A DNA stretch of 32,050 nt. It comes from a candidate division WOR-3 bacterium (GTDB lineage Bacteria; Hydrothermota; Hydrothermia; LBFQ01). Positions within the stretch are counted from its first letter, which is position 1; each line of letters opens with the position of its first letter. The notes below the pieces were generated by a model that made no database searches, was not told where the DNA came from, and was given only the letters and a program-made list of their open reading frames with translations. Below are positions 9,183-18,863 of the stretch, in pieces. The stretch is from contig JALUCS010000095.1 in assembly GCA_027050205.1 (NCBI GenBank), forward strand, positions 1-32,050, written 5' to 3'. A program made the position numbers and the translations under genes.

Positions 9183-9861
9183 CCTCCTCAATCCTCACCC
9201 TCCTCCCTCCGAGCCTGTACGAAACGGAGAGGCCGAAGGCGAAGGGGCCTCTTCTACCCGTCGTACCTTTCACGAGCCTGAAGTTGACGCGCACCCTGTC
9301 CCCCTTCAGGGTAAGTATGACCGAGGGGAGGTCCTGGTCTATGAAAGTCCTCACTACGTCCCCCACATCCACCGCTATGGAGAGGAAGGACAGGGGCCGC
9401 ACCGTTACGGCGAAGTCCGGGTACCCAAAGGCGAGGAACGTATAGACCGTATCCCTCCACCTCTCCCTCCACTCTACGGAGACGTAGGGGGCGTAAATGG
9501 GGAAGTAGGAGGAGAGCTTGAGGAAGGGGGAGTCAAGGTCAAAGTAAGGGGTGAGGAGTACGTAGGGTGAGGCGCACGGGTAGGAGGACGGCGAGTAGGG
9601 GGGTGGGCAGCTGTCCAAGCGGAAGTAGAGGAGGTCTCCCTTAAGCCCCGCTCCCCCTCCCGGCCATCCGGAACCCGGCTTGAAGGGGGCGTACAGGTTG
9701 AAAAATGCCCCTCCCGTCCAGTACCCCCTCTTGGGGGCCGCCTCCCCCTCAACGCCCACGCTTACCCCTCTCTCTCCGAAGTTGTCCGGAGCGTAGCCCT
9801 TGAGCATAGGGGTGTAGCACCCCGTCAGGAGGAGCGCAACCGGTAGGACCTTCCACCTCAT
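9163..9861 (-). CDS. Hypothetical lipoprotein, possibly an outer-membrane beta-barrel
   Basis: Lipobox LLTGC, amphipathic beta-strand pattern and FGLSVSYRL near the C-terminus. Confidence 0.6.
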   Translation of the reverse strand: MRWKVLPVALLLTGCYTPMLKGYAPDNFGERGVSVGVEGEAAPKRGYWTGGAFFNLYAPFKPGSGWPGGGAGLKGDLLYFRLDSCPPPYSPSSYPCASPYVLLTPYFDLDSPFLKLSSYFPIYAPYVSVEWRERWRDTVYTFLAFGYPDFAVTVRPLSFLSIAVDVGDVVRTFIDQDLPSVILTLKGDRVRVNFRLVKGTTGRRGPFAFGLSVSYRLGGRRVRIEEVTAPSP

Positions 9862-10778
9862 CTTATCTCAATCCGGTAGGTGTGCCTCTCCCCGTCGCCC
9901 TCCACTTCAAGGATGTACCTTCCCCGCGGTAGGTTTAACCTGTAGGGGTGGCTGCCCCGACGCAGGACGCCGAGGGACCTCCTGATTCCCTCCTTCTTCC
10001 CCTCCCTCCTAAGGCTGTACCGTACGTGGAGGCTGTCAATTAGGACGGTTATTACGATGCTGTCGCCGGAAACGGAGACCCTGAAGGGACTGTACCAGGC
10101 GGGCCTCCCCCTGCGCCCCTCTATCCTCCGGCCCCCTACGTAAGCCTCCACCTCCCCCCTGAAGGGTAGGGGGAAGGTATGGAGCCCCGGCTCCAAGCTG
10201 TCCATAACCGCGTAGAAGATGGGTACGCCCTCCCGAAGCACCCTGTACTCCACCTCGGAGGTGTTGGGAACGTGGATGAGGAGGGTATCCCCGAAGACGT
10301 AGTAGAAGGCCGGGACGCCCTGGGGGTACCTGCTGAACGTCCGCAGGACTTCGTCGTTATCCCCAGGGTTTCGGACCTCCACGTTCTGGTACTGGATGAG
10401 GTAGTCCCCCAAAAAACCAAGTACGCCCGTTAAAAGCTCTATCGGGGCAGATACGAGGAAGAGGATGCCGTGCGTAATGGATAGGGCCACCATGATGGGG
10501 GTGTAGAAGGTCCAGATTACGGGGGTGTCAAACCGCTTATATACGGTCAGCCGTACGTTGGAGATGTGCCGCAGGGGGACTCGGAGCGTACTGTCCCCGA
10601 CGAGGAGGTAGAGGGTGTCCCCCCGGAGACCCAAAAGCTCCTTGAACTTCACCTTTTTGCCGTACCTCGTCTTCAAGGTGCCGGGCATTCCCCTCGGTAC
10701 GACGTCCGGAGACCTTACGACGTCGGAGGTGGAGGCGCACCCTACTAAGAGGAGCAGGAGCGGGAGTCCGTACCTCAT
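9858..10778 (-). CDS. Hypothetical lipoprotein with hydrophobic hairpin and two C-terminal CTD-like beta domains
   Basis: Lipobox LLVGC, a long hydrophobic segment and YRLNLPRG.Y shared with the SBBP protein CTD. Confidence 0.65.
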   Translation of the reverse strand: MRYGLPLLLLLVGCASTSDVVRSPDVVPRGMPGTLKTRYGKKVKFKELLGLRGDTLYLLVGDSTLRVPLRHISNVRLTVYKRFDTPVIWTFYTPIMVALSITHGILFLVSAPIELLTGVLGFLGDYLIQYQNVEVRNPGDNDEVLRTFSRYPQGVPAFYYVFGDTLLIHVPNTSEVEYRVLREGVPIFYAVMDSLEPGLHTFPLPFRGEVEAYVGGRRIEGRRGRPAWYSPFRVSVSGDSIVITVLIDSLHVRYSLRREGKKEGIRRSLGVLRRGSHPYRLNLPRGRYILEVEGDGERHTYRIEIR

Positions 10779-12283
10779 AATGCCCCCTCCCTCCTGTTGT
10801 ACTTGCTCCTCCAGAACCCCTCCTCCATCTTCCTCTCAACCCTCTTGTACCGCGGGGCGATAAGGCGGAGGTAGGCCCTCGGCGAAGCGTAGAGGAGGGC
10901 CAGCATGGCGGGATCCTCCTCGTCCTCCCACTCCTTTCTCTGCCACTCGTAGTAGTATCCCCTGGAGGACAGGAAGACCTCGTATCTCCCCTCGCCGTAC
11001 CCCTTCAGGTTGAAGGAGAACAGGACGGAGTCTCCGGGCAGGAGGACAACCGGGAAACCGTTGGGGGAGATGATACCGCTCCCTACGATCCTCTCCGGCG
11101 GGACCTCTATGGGGTCGCTCTCGCCAACGATATCGGCGCCGGCGACGTAGTCTATCTTCCAGAACCCCCTCGTCCCTATGAGGAGGACCTCGTACTCTCC
11201 AGGGCCGAGGTATCCGAGGTCTATGGCCGTATGGTTGTGGGCTATCGGCCCCATCTCCTTAACTTCCCCCACCACCCTGCCGTCCATCACCACGTAGAGG
11301 GTGCGGAACCTCTGCAGGAGCGTGTCTTTGAGGAACCGCTCCATCTTGCCCCTCTCAAGCTTCACGAGGTACTCGGCGTACCTCCTCCCCGTATAGGCCA
11401 TAGCCTGATAGAAGAGGAAGGTCGTGAGCAGGGCCTGTCGGTAGGTCAGGACGAGGGCCTTCCTTCCCCCCTTGGCGAAACGCAACCGCACCCTAAGAGT
11501 CTCGGCACGGACGAGGTCCCGGCCGTCGCTCCAGCTCCTGTACTCCAACCCGTCCCTCCCCCTCACCTTGGCCAGCCCGTCCCCCGTAGGGGTGATGAAG
11601 GCCACGGGCGGCACCTCTCCCCTCACCCGTAGGAACCGCCCCTCGTCGGGCGACGGATAGACCCTCTCCCCCTCACCCTTCGGCAGCAGTAGGAGGTCCG
11701 CCCGCAGGATGTACTGGGTCTCTAGGGCCTCGTTTTTGGCCAGAAGTAGGAAGGTGTCCGAAAGCCGGGCATGGGGAAGCATATCAACGTCCGTACGGGC
11801 CAGCGACTTTATGACGGAGGAGGAGAAGCCCTCGGCCTCAAGACGCCACCCACCTCCAGAGCGTACGTAATAGACCGGACAGGAACCGTAGCAAGCCTTG
11901 GGGTTGCTTGTGCAGTACATGCTGAAGCCCACCCATACGGCGGCGCCCACTACGAGCATCAGGGAGCCTATGGGGGATAGGGTAGGCTCAAAGCCGTTCA
12001 CTTCCACGAGGGCCACGTCCCCCTTGGGTACCACGTACCTCCCCTCACCGACGGAGAACCGGTCCGGGGAGTAGTACTTCCCCTTGAAGGCGATGGAGTC
12101 CCCCATCACCTTGATGCTTCTGACGTCCTCTATCACGTACGCGCTCCCGTCCCACATGTGGAGCTTCACCGTCCTCGCCACCACCTCATCCACCCTATCC
12201 ACATCTACGAATTTCCTGCGGAGACTGTGGTAAGCCGGGAAACAGCTCAAGAACGCTACGAGGAGGATGAGGAGCCTCCTCAC
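10775..12283 (-). CDS. Hypothetical lipoprotein with TM segment and CxxNPKACYGSCP motif
   Basis: Lipobox FLSC, a hydrophobic segment followed by a Cys cluster, and a long ORF overlapping the next gene by 4 nt. Confidence 0.7.
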   Translation of the reverse strand: MRRLLILLVAFLSCFPAYHSLRRKFVDVDRVDEVVARTVKLHMWDGSAYVIEDVRSIKVMGDSIAFKGKYYSPDRFSVGEGRYVVPKGDVALVEVNGFEPTLSPIGSLMLVVGAAVWVGFSMYCTSNPKACYGSCPVYYVRSGGGWRLEAEGFSSSVIKSLARTDVDMLPHARLSDTFLLLAKNEALETQYILRADLLLLPKGEGERVYPSPDEGRFLRVRGEVPPVAFITPTGDGLAKVRGRDGLEYRSWSDGRDLVRAETLRVRLRFAKGGRKALVLTYRQALLTTFLFYQAMAYTGRRYAEYLVKLERGKMERFLKDTLLQRFRTLYVVMDGRVVGEVKEMGPIAHNHTAIDLGYLGPGEYEVLLIGTRGFWKIDYVAGADIVGESDPIEVPPERIVGSGIISPNGFPVVLLPGDSVLFSFNLKGYGEGRYEVFLSSRGYYYEWQRKEWEDEEDPAMLALLYASPRAYLRLIAPRYKRVERKMEEGFWRSKYNRREGAL

Positions 12284-12355
12284 CGCTGAATAAGATAAAG
12301 CTGAAAGACTATTCCATCAAAACCCTTTCTGCAAATTGCCTACGGCCGTACGCCT

Positions 12356-13006
12356 CTACCCCCTCAAAACCCCCTCTATCCTCTCCAGGACCTCCTCCAC
12401 CTTCCCTACGCCATCCACTTCGTGGAAGATGCCCTTCTCCCGATAGTAGTCTATCAAGGGGGCTGTGTTCTCCCTGTAGACCTTCAGGCGGTTCCTTATG
12501 ACGTCCTCGCGGTCGTCCGACCTCTGCACCAGAGGGGTGCCGCAGACGTCGCAGATCTCGTCCCTCTTCGGTGGGTTGTAGATGAGGTTATAGACGGCCC
12601 CGCACTTCGGACACACCCTCCGAGCGGTCAGACGCTTCACTATCTCCTCGTCCGGAACGCTCACGAAGACGACGTGGGTCAGGGGCTTCCCCCTCTCGGC
12701 GAGGAGGTCGTCTAAGGCCTCTGCCTGCTTCATGGTGCGGGGAAAACCGTCAAGGATGAAGGAGTCTATCCCCTCTATCTGCTCCTCTATTAGCCCTATT
12801 ATGATGTCGTCGGGGACCAACTCCCCGGCGTCCATGTACCTCTTGGCCTTCTTCCCCAGCTCGGTACCCTTCCTGACGGCCTCCCGCAGAATGTCCCCCG
12901 TTGAGATCTTCTTTATGCCGTACTTCTCCGCGAGGAGGGAGGCCTGCGTACCCTTCCCCGCACCGGGGGGACCCAGAAAGACTATCCTATACCCGTTGTG
13001 CGCCAT
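12356..13006 (-). CDS. adk: Adenylate kinase with zinc-binding LID
   Basis: GPPGAGKGT, ISTGDILR, LDGFPR and CPKC..CDVC LID. Confidence 0.97.
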   Translation of the reverse strand: MAHNGYRIVFLGPPGAGKGTQASLLAEKYGIKKISTGDILREAVRKGTELGKKAKRYMDAGELVPDDIIIGLIEEQIEGIDSFILDGFPRTMKQAEALDDLLAERGKPLTHVVFVSVPDEEIVKRLTARRVCPKCGAVYNLIYNPPKRDEICDVCGTPLVQRSDDREDVIRNRLKVYRENTAPLIDYYREKGIFHEVDGVGKVEEVLERIEGVLRG

Positions 13007-14322
13007 GATCTTACCTTCGCTTTTCCAAGAAGGCTGTCGTACCTGTACATCACGAGGTAGGAGTTTATCTTCTGGAGGAGGTCAAGGGCCACACCGACTA
13101 TGATGAGGAGCCTCGTACCGCCGAAGTAGAGGGGGATGTTCAGGGATTTGGAGATGTGGTAAGGTACTATGGCAACCAAGGCGAAGAAGACGGCCGCAGG
13201 GAAGATTATGCGGGTAAGGATGCGGTCTATGTACTCCGCCGTCTCCTCTCCCGCCCTCACTCCGGGTATGAAGGCGCCGCTGCGCTGCAGGTTGTCGGCC
13301 ACGTCCTTGGGGTTGAAGATTATGGAGGTGTAGAGGTACGCGAAGAAGATTATGAGGAGGGCGTAGGTGAGGTCGTACACCCACGTACCGGGCTGGAACA
13401 TGGCGGCTATGCCGGAGAGGAACTCCAACCTGCCTCCCCCACCGGTCAGGACGGTCTGGGGGAAGAGGAGGACGCTCTGGGCGAAGATTATGGGCATAAC
13501 GCCCGCCGTATTGACCGTAAGGGGTAGATAACCGGTCTGGGTGGTGGGACCCAGACCCACCGTCCTCTTGGCGTAGCTTATGGGGACCCGCCTCTGGACC
13601 TCCGTGACGGCCACGACGGCCCCCGTGAGGACGAGAATGAAGGCGATGGCGAAGACGAGGGCAGGAGTCTCTATTGCCCCGTTCTTCCAGAGGGTGTAGG
13701 TTGAGACTATCTCGTTGGGTATGGAGTCAAGGGAGCCGGCGAATATGAGGACGGAGGCGCCGTTCCCTATGCCCCTGTCCGTTATCTGCTCACCCATCCA
13801 CATCAGGAGTATGGCCCCACCTACGAGGGAGACGACGGTTGAGATGACGAACAGGGGTCCGGGGTTTGGTACTATGAGCTGACCGGAGGGGCTGGGAGGG
13901 AGGTTGGTTAGGAAGGTGGTTATACCTATGGCCTGTATGGTGGCTATCAGGACGGTTAGCCAGCGGGTGTAGCGGGTTAGGACCCTCTGTCCGGCCTCGC
14001 CCTCCCTCTGGAGCCTCTCAAAGTAGGGGACGGTGGCGGCGAGGAGCTGGATTACGATGGAGGCGGAGATGTAGGGCATTATACCGAGGCCGAAGATGGC
14101 GGCGCGGGAGAGGGCGCCACCGGCGAAGATGTCAAACATACCGAAGGCCGTGTTGGCGAGGGCCTGCCTGAAGTACTCCACCAGGGCGTGGGAGTTCACG
14201 CCGGGTACGGGTATGTGGGTACCCACACGGTAGAAGAAGAGGACTATCAGGGTGAAGAGTATCCTATCTCTTAGCTCCTTTATCTCCCACAGACCGCTAA
14301 GGGACCTCCACAGCCTCTCCAT
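12982..14322 (-). CDS. secY: Preprotein translocase subunit SecY
   Basis: IPVPGVN, LGIMPYISASI, WMGEQIT.RGIGNG and FIPGVRAGEET. Confidence 0.97.
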   Translation of the reverse strand: MERLWRSLSGLWEIKELRDRILFTLIVLFFYRVGTHIPVPGVNSHALVEYFRQALANTAFGMFDIFAGGALSRAAIFGLGIMPYISASIVIQLLAATVPYFERLQREGEAGQRVLTRYTRWLTVLIATIQAIGITTFLTNLPPSPSGQLIVPNPGPLFVISTVVSLVGGAILLMWMGEQITDRGIGNGASVLIFAGSLDSIPNEIVSTYTLWKNGAIETPALVFAIAFILVLTGAVVAVTEVQRRVPISYAKRTVGLGPTTQTGYLPLTVNTAGVMPIIFAQSVLLFPQTVLTGGGGRLEFLSGIAAMFQPGTWVYDLTYALLIIFFAYLYTSIIFNPKDVADNLQRSGAFIPGVRAGEETAEYIDRILTRIIFPAAVFFALVAIVPYHISKSLNIPLYFGGTRLLIIVGVALDLLQKINSYLVMYRYDSLLGKAKVRSWRTTGIG

Positions 14323-14772
14323 TTACTCTATCCTCCCACCCGCCTTCTCTATCTTCTCACGGGCGGACTGGGAGAAGGCGTGAATTCCCTTGAAAACGAG
14401 GGCCTTCGTTATCTCACCCTTGGCGAGGATCTTAATGAGCTTACCTTCAAGCCTGCCCTTTATAAGTCCCTTGGCCTTTAGGCTCTCCGGGGTTACCTCC
14501 TCTCCCTCGTTGAATTTGGCGTCTATCTGGGAGAGATTGACTACGTCATACACCTTGGCAAAGGGGTTGGTGAAGCCCCGCTTGGGGATACGCCTGTAGA
14601 TAGGGGTCTGCCCCCCCTCAAACCATATGGGTTTGGCGCCTCCCGACCGGGACTTCTGCCCCTTGTGGCCACGTCCGGCCGTCTTCCCGTGGCCGGAACC
14701 GGGACCCCTTCCTACCCTCTTCCTTCTCTTCTTGGCTCCCGGATTCGGACTAAGATTGGAGAGCGTGAACAT
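14323..14772 (-). CDS. rplO: 50S ribosomal protein L15
   Basis: [26 protein letters not shown] and [16 protein letters not shown]. Confidence 0.98.
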   Translation of the reverse strand: MFTLSNLSPNPGAKKRRKRVGRGPGSGHGKTAGRGHKGQKSRSGGAKPIWFEGGQTPIYRRIPKRGFTNPFAKVYDVVNLSQIDAKFNEGEEVTPESLKAKGLIKGRLEGKLIKILAKGEITKALVFKGIHAFSQSAREKIEKAGGRIE

Positions 14773-14804
14773 AGGCCGGGTATTATACGGGTGAAGTCCC
14801 TCCC

Positions 14805-16070
14805 CTACCGTCCGTTGGCCTTTAAGATGACGATGTACTCGTAAAGCATAGTCAGGTCGGTCCTCCCTGCTACGTTGGTGGGGCTGTTCCGCCTGGGCAT
14901 CCTCTTGTTGGGGATCTCACGGACGATGGTTTTCAGATGGATAAAACCGTTCCTCTCAAAGAACTCCCTCGTTATCTCGTCGTTGGGTATCTCAATCCCC
15001 TTCACCCTCCGGTTGCCTACGACGTAGGCCACCACCCCACCCCTCCTGACGGCTCTGGAGACGTTGTTTATGGACCTCTCGTAGTCGTCGTAGAAGGACA
15101 CCACGTCGTACGCCCTGCCCTCGTCCATGTCGGCTATTCGCCTTATCACCTCGTCAAGGGGTTTGAAGTCAAAGTACCTGATACCCCTCCTGCGGAGGCC
15201 GCCCATACTCCTCCTGTCTACCTCGTTCGCCTCCTCAAACCCCAACCACTGGTTGCTCAAGCGGGAGAACTGGCCGTAGGCTACGGTCGTCCTTGAGTCT
15301 CCGTAGGGTGGAGAGGTTATCACTATATCCACGCTTTCGGGGGGCAGGATGTCCTCCGGGATGTTATGGACCGTGTTGAAGCCGTAGATTTCGGACTTGG
15401 CGTCGTTCCTCTTCGCCCGGATGTACTCCGCCATACCCTCCCTGTTCCGGAGGAGCTTCTCGCTCATTATCCTTAAGACGTCCGGGTTGAACCTCTCAAT
15501 CTGTTTTTCGGACTTCCTGTAGAGCTTGAACTCGCTCCCCCTCGTCAGGGAGACCTCCCGCACGGTTTCACTGAAGGCCACCTTGAAGAAGTCCCTAACG
15601 TCCCTATCCTCAATGCCATCTATGTAGTCCTTGAGGACGGCGAGCCAGTACTGGGTCTCCCTCTTGAACCAGTAGTCTATGTTCTTGAACTTCGGTATCG
15701 TGGGATCCGGCCTTATTTTCCCAAGTCTTACAGAAAATACGAAGTTGTTGAAGTCCTTTAGGTACGAGTCCAGAACGTCAAGCGGTATAACCGTAGTTTT
15801 GACCTTAGCTATCAGGCGCGCCAGGGGGTTTATGTCCGTCCCGACGGCGTCTATCCCCTTCAGGTTGGCCTCCACGAGGGACGTCCCCGTCCCGCAGTAG
15901 GGGTCAAAGAGTAGCCTCGCCCCCTCCCCGAACTCCTTCAGGAGCCGTCTCGCTATCTGGGGTATCATCATAGCAGGGTAAGGGTGGAAGCGGTGGGTGT
16001 ACTCCTTCGTGTTTGCCTTACGGAAGTCCCACGTCTCGTCCCGGTACTTCTTGGGCGTTATAACCCTCAT
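14805..16070 (-). CDS. DNA amino-methyltransferase, probably N4-cytosine (M.MvaI-like)
   Basis: H.YPAMMIPQ, then motif [10 protein letters not shown], then catalytic TSPPY. Adjacent to an MvaI/BcnI-family nuclease. Confidence 0.88.
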   Translation of the reverse strand: MRVITPKKYRDETWDFRKANTKEYTHRFHPYPAMMIPQIARRLLKEFGEGARLLFDPYCGTGTSLVEANLKGIDAVGTDINPLARLIAKVKTTVIPLDVLDSYLKDFNNFVFSVRLGKIRPDPTIPKFKNIDYWFKRETQYWLAVLKDYIDGIEDRDVRDFFKVAFSETVREVSLTRGSEFKLYRKSEKQIERFNPDVLRIMSEKLLRNREGMAEYIRAKRNDAKSEIYGFNTVHNIPEDILPPESVDIVITSPPYGDSRTTVAYGQFSRLSNQWLGFEEANEVDRRSMGGLRRRGIRYFDFKPLDEVIRRIADMDEGRAYDVVSFYDDYERSINNVSRAVRRGGVVAYVVGNRRVKGIEIPNDEITREFFERNGFIHLKTIVREIPNKRMPRRNSPTNVAGRTDLTMLYEYIVILKANGR

Positions 16071-16071
16071 C

Positions 16072-16769
16072 TCAAACGAGCCTCCTCCTGTTCTCGTACA
16101 GCTCCACCAGATCTTTCTCCCTTATCCTGAAGGCGGTCCCCCTGTTCCTGACCGAGCCGTTCTCCTTTAGGTGCATCCGGATGTCAATTCCTATCAGCGA
16201 GTCCTTGAAGGCTTTGAGGAATCTCCGGGGGCTTGGGTCGGTTAGGAGGTAAGCCTCGTTGTAGTGGAAGTACTCTCTGCCCCCTTCAACCTTCCTGTCG
16301 GCTATAACGAACAGGAGCCTGCTCAACTTGGCCATTTGCCGACTATGACGTAGATGTCCCACGTTGCCAGAGTGTCGCCGGTGCCAATATCAACGAGATG
16401 GAGGACGTTCCTGTCCTCGTCCAGCTCCAAAGCCAAGCCCTGGGGAATGGGTTTCCCGTAAAAGAGGGTGTTCTTCAGGGCGAGCCTTCCCCTTTTATCA
16501 ACGTACCCGTACCTCAACACCAACTCCTTCTGACGGATATGCCAGACACCCCGGTTGAAGGTGAAGAGGGTGATCAGGGACTGCGAGTCCCTCCTTACGG
16601 TCTTTATCTCCACCCGTCCCCCTATATCCGGGATGGGGATGTTGTTCTCCCGAAGGCCGAAGAGGACCTCAAAGGTGTATCCTACGCCGGTCGTCCCCTT
16701 CCTTAGGGATGGAACGTAGCCCCTCCCTTTAAGTTCCTGAAGCCGCTTCCTAACCTCGGCGAGGGTCAT
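16072..16769 (-). pseudogene. MvaI/BcnI-family type II restriction endonuclease, split by a frameshift near 16335
   Basis: N-part G.TGVGYTFE..FG..ENN..IPD...EIK and C-part ending RNRGTAFRI lie in different frames, joined at GGC AAA TG GCC AAG. Confidence 0.8.
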
Positions 16770-16771
16770 TT

Positions 16772-16867
16772 ACCTCCTCCAGTGTGGGGAATTATACCGG
16801 GGATAGAGGACCTCCTTGTCACCGTCCCCATTCGGAGCGATGGCATAACCCGAACTCTTCAATTATA
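16772..16867 (-). promoter_or_regulatory. R-M operon upstream region: SD GGAGGAGGT and two TATAAT boxes
   Basis: SD at 16772-16780. TATAAT at 16791-16796 and 16862-16867, both within GGTATAATT. Confidence 0.6.
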
Positions 16868-16886
16868 CCCCTATATCTCATCGGAA

Positions 16887-16961
16887 CCTGCCCACCTCGT
16901 TCGTCTCCTCAAACCCCAACCACTGGTTGCCCAAGCGGGAGAACCGGCCGTAGGCTACGGT
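16887..16961. repeat. 75-bp direct copy of methyltransferase-internal segment 15213-15287
   Basis: 70/75 identical by manual alignment, with no gaps. Confidence 0.95.
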
Positions 16962-17003
16962 TCCACACGGCTTCCACCCGTCCGGATTATAATGCCCCTC
17001 CCG

Positions 17004-18863
17004 GTGATAGGATTACTTTTGGCTTCCTCTTCCCTGACGTATAAGGGAGCGGATTTCAACGAGGGTTCGGAATACTTGTACTACGGCGACGACACCCTCT
17101 CCTGGTCCGATGGCAAGGTCCGGGTGTGGCGGCTCGGGGTTCACTTCTACTTCAACCGTGGCCTTAGGGTAGTGGGTCAGGACCTGGACCTCAACGGGGA
17201 CGGCCTGAAGGACGTAGTGATGACGAACGACGAGTGGTGGTACGTCTATCCTTACCAGCACGTCTTCCTCAACACCGATGGCAGGGCCTTCTCCCCCGTG
17301 TATTGGCAGTACAGGGAGAAGAGCGACAGTATGTGCCACGACGCCGTTTGGGTGGGGGACCTGAACGCCAACGGGATACCCGACCTCGTCCTCTCTGTGA
17401 TGGACCTTCGGGACCGGACGGGCCTAAGGGTCTATTACGACTACCCGTGGGACACCACCCGGATGGTCTATCTCCGGGCCGGCTCCGTAGAGACCCCCTA
17501 CGTCGCCGACTTCAACCTTGACGGCTACTTGGACATCCTCGCCGGGGTCTGGAGGGATTCCACGGACGAGCCTCCGAACGGGGAGGAATGCTCCCGGATA
17601 TTCTACGGTTCACCCTCCGGCTATTCCCAATCCGACACCTCCCCCTGCCTCTTTGGAGGTGGCACCCACCCGGTGTTTGCCGCAGACTTGGACTACGACG
17701 GGGACATAGACGCCTTCATAGGGAGCCTGTACTACAGGGGATGGTTCCCCCCCTTCTCCCCTCCGAGGGTCTACCTCAACTCTATCGGCAACTTCAGCAG
17801 TTCCCGCTTCATAGACGTCTGGCTTAGGACGGTGGGCTACGACTCCTCCGGCGTCTATGGGGCAACGGTGGCGGATCTCAACCGGGACGGCTACCTTGAC
17901 GTAATAGGCTGCGCCTACAACCGCGGTGTCGTCCTCTACGGGAGCGATAGCGGATACACCCCCCTCAACCGACACGACTTCCTGTCCCTGATGGACTGCA
18001 GGAACGTTCAGGCCTACGATATAAACGGGGACGGGTGGATAGACGTAATCTTCGGTGAGAAGGCTCCCTACAGCGATTGGAGGAACGGACGGATAACGAT
18101 CTACCTGAACGATGGAGGCAACTTCAACGAGGCAGACAGGATAGTGATACCCTCCCCCTCCAACTACGGGATACTGGTGATGGACCTTGACGACGACGGA
18201 TGGCCGGACATCGTCTCCTCCAGGAAGGAGTTGGACACCTCCCAGATACTATGGAACCTCGGCACCTACCCCTACTACGACACCACCGTAAGCACCCCCC
18301 TACACTCCGTAAAGGCGAGCCGGAACCTATCCGTCCAGATATTCGGAAACATCTACGACAGGAGAAACCGCTTCGGATACCTATCAAAGGAGATAAAGCT
18401 TCTAACTCCGGCCCGGTTGCAGGGGGTGAAGATTTACGGAGACTTCGCCGGTCAGGGGGTCCGACTCTACGTCCGTGGGTACGATGGTAGGGCCTGGAGC
18501 AGGTGGTTCAGGGTAGAGGACGGAGAGGGCCATCCCCTTCCGGCTCCGAAGATCTTAAAACTCCAGTTCAGGATGGACGTCCATACCAACTTCGCCGGCA
18601 CCAGCAAGTTCCACGTTGACAGCCTGATCTTCCGGTTTGACAGGGCCGTTTCCGTAGCAGAGTCCCCGCCTCCCTGTGAGACGGGCTTGGAGGTGAAGGC
18701 TCACTCCGTAAAGGTGAAGGACGGAAGGCTGGAGGTCTATACGGCCGACGGTAGGAGGATATACGCCGGTGCGGAGGCCATACTAAGGCGGAAGGGGACG
18801 TACTTCGTCGTAGTAAGGAAGTGCGACGGAGGGAAGGAGATCGTGAAGGTAACCGTCAGATGA
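17004..18863 (+). CDS. Secreted FG-GAP/VCBS-repeat propeller protein with T9SS-like CTD (start probably GTG 17004 or ATG 16992, not 16782)
   Basis: Repeated D.N.DG..D motifs and CTD VYTADGRR...GTYFV...KVTVR. The track's upstream extension runs through the MTase-copy region. Confidence 0.85.
   Translation: MIGLLLASSSLTYKGADFNEGSEYLYYGDDTLSWSDGKVRVWRLGVHFYFNRGLRVVGQDLDLNGDGLKDVVMTNDEWWYVYPYQHVFLNTDGRAFSPVYWQYREKSDSMCHDAVWVGDLNANGIPDLVLSVMDLRDRTGLRVYYDYPWDTTRMVYLRAGSVETPYVADFNLDGYLDILAGVWRDSTDEPPNGEECSRIFYGSPSGYSQSDTSPCLFGGGTHPVFAADLDYDGDIDAFIGSLYYRGWFPPFSPPRVYLNSIGNFSSSRFIDVWLRTVGYDSSGVYGATVADLNRDGYLDVIGCAYNRGVVLYGSDSGYTPLNRHDFLSLMDCRNVQAYDINGDGWIDVIFGEKAPYSDWRNGRITIYLNDGGNFNEADRIVIPSPSNYGILVMDLDDDGWPDIVSSRKELDTSQILWNLGTYPYYDTTVSTPLHSVKASRNLSVQIFGNIYDRRNRFGYLSKEIKLLTPARLQGVKIYGDFAGQGVRLYVRGYDGRAWSRWFRVEDGEGHPLPAPKILKLQFRMDVHTNFAGTSKFHVDSLIFRFDRAVSVAESPPPCETGLEVKAHSVKVKDGRLEVYTADGRRIYAGAEAILRRKGTYFVVVRKCDGGKEIVKVTVR

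Noticed and set aside
15213..16961. DGR template/variable repeat pair (4 of 5 differences are A/G on the coding strand)
   Set aside because: No reverse transcriptase is present in the window, all changes are transitions rather than A-to-N, and the adenine-bearing copy is the gene itself.
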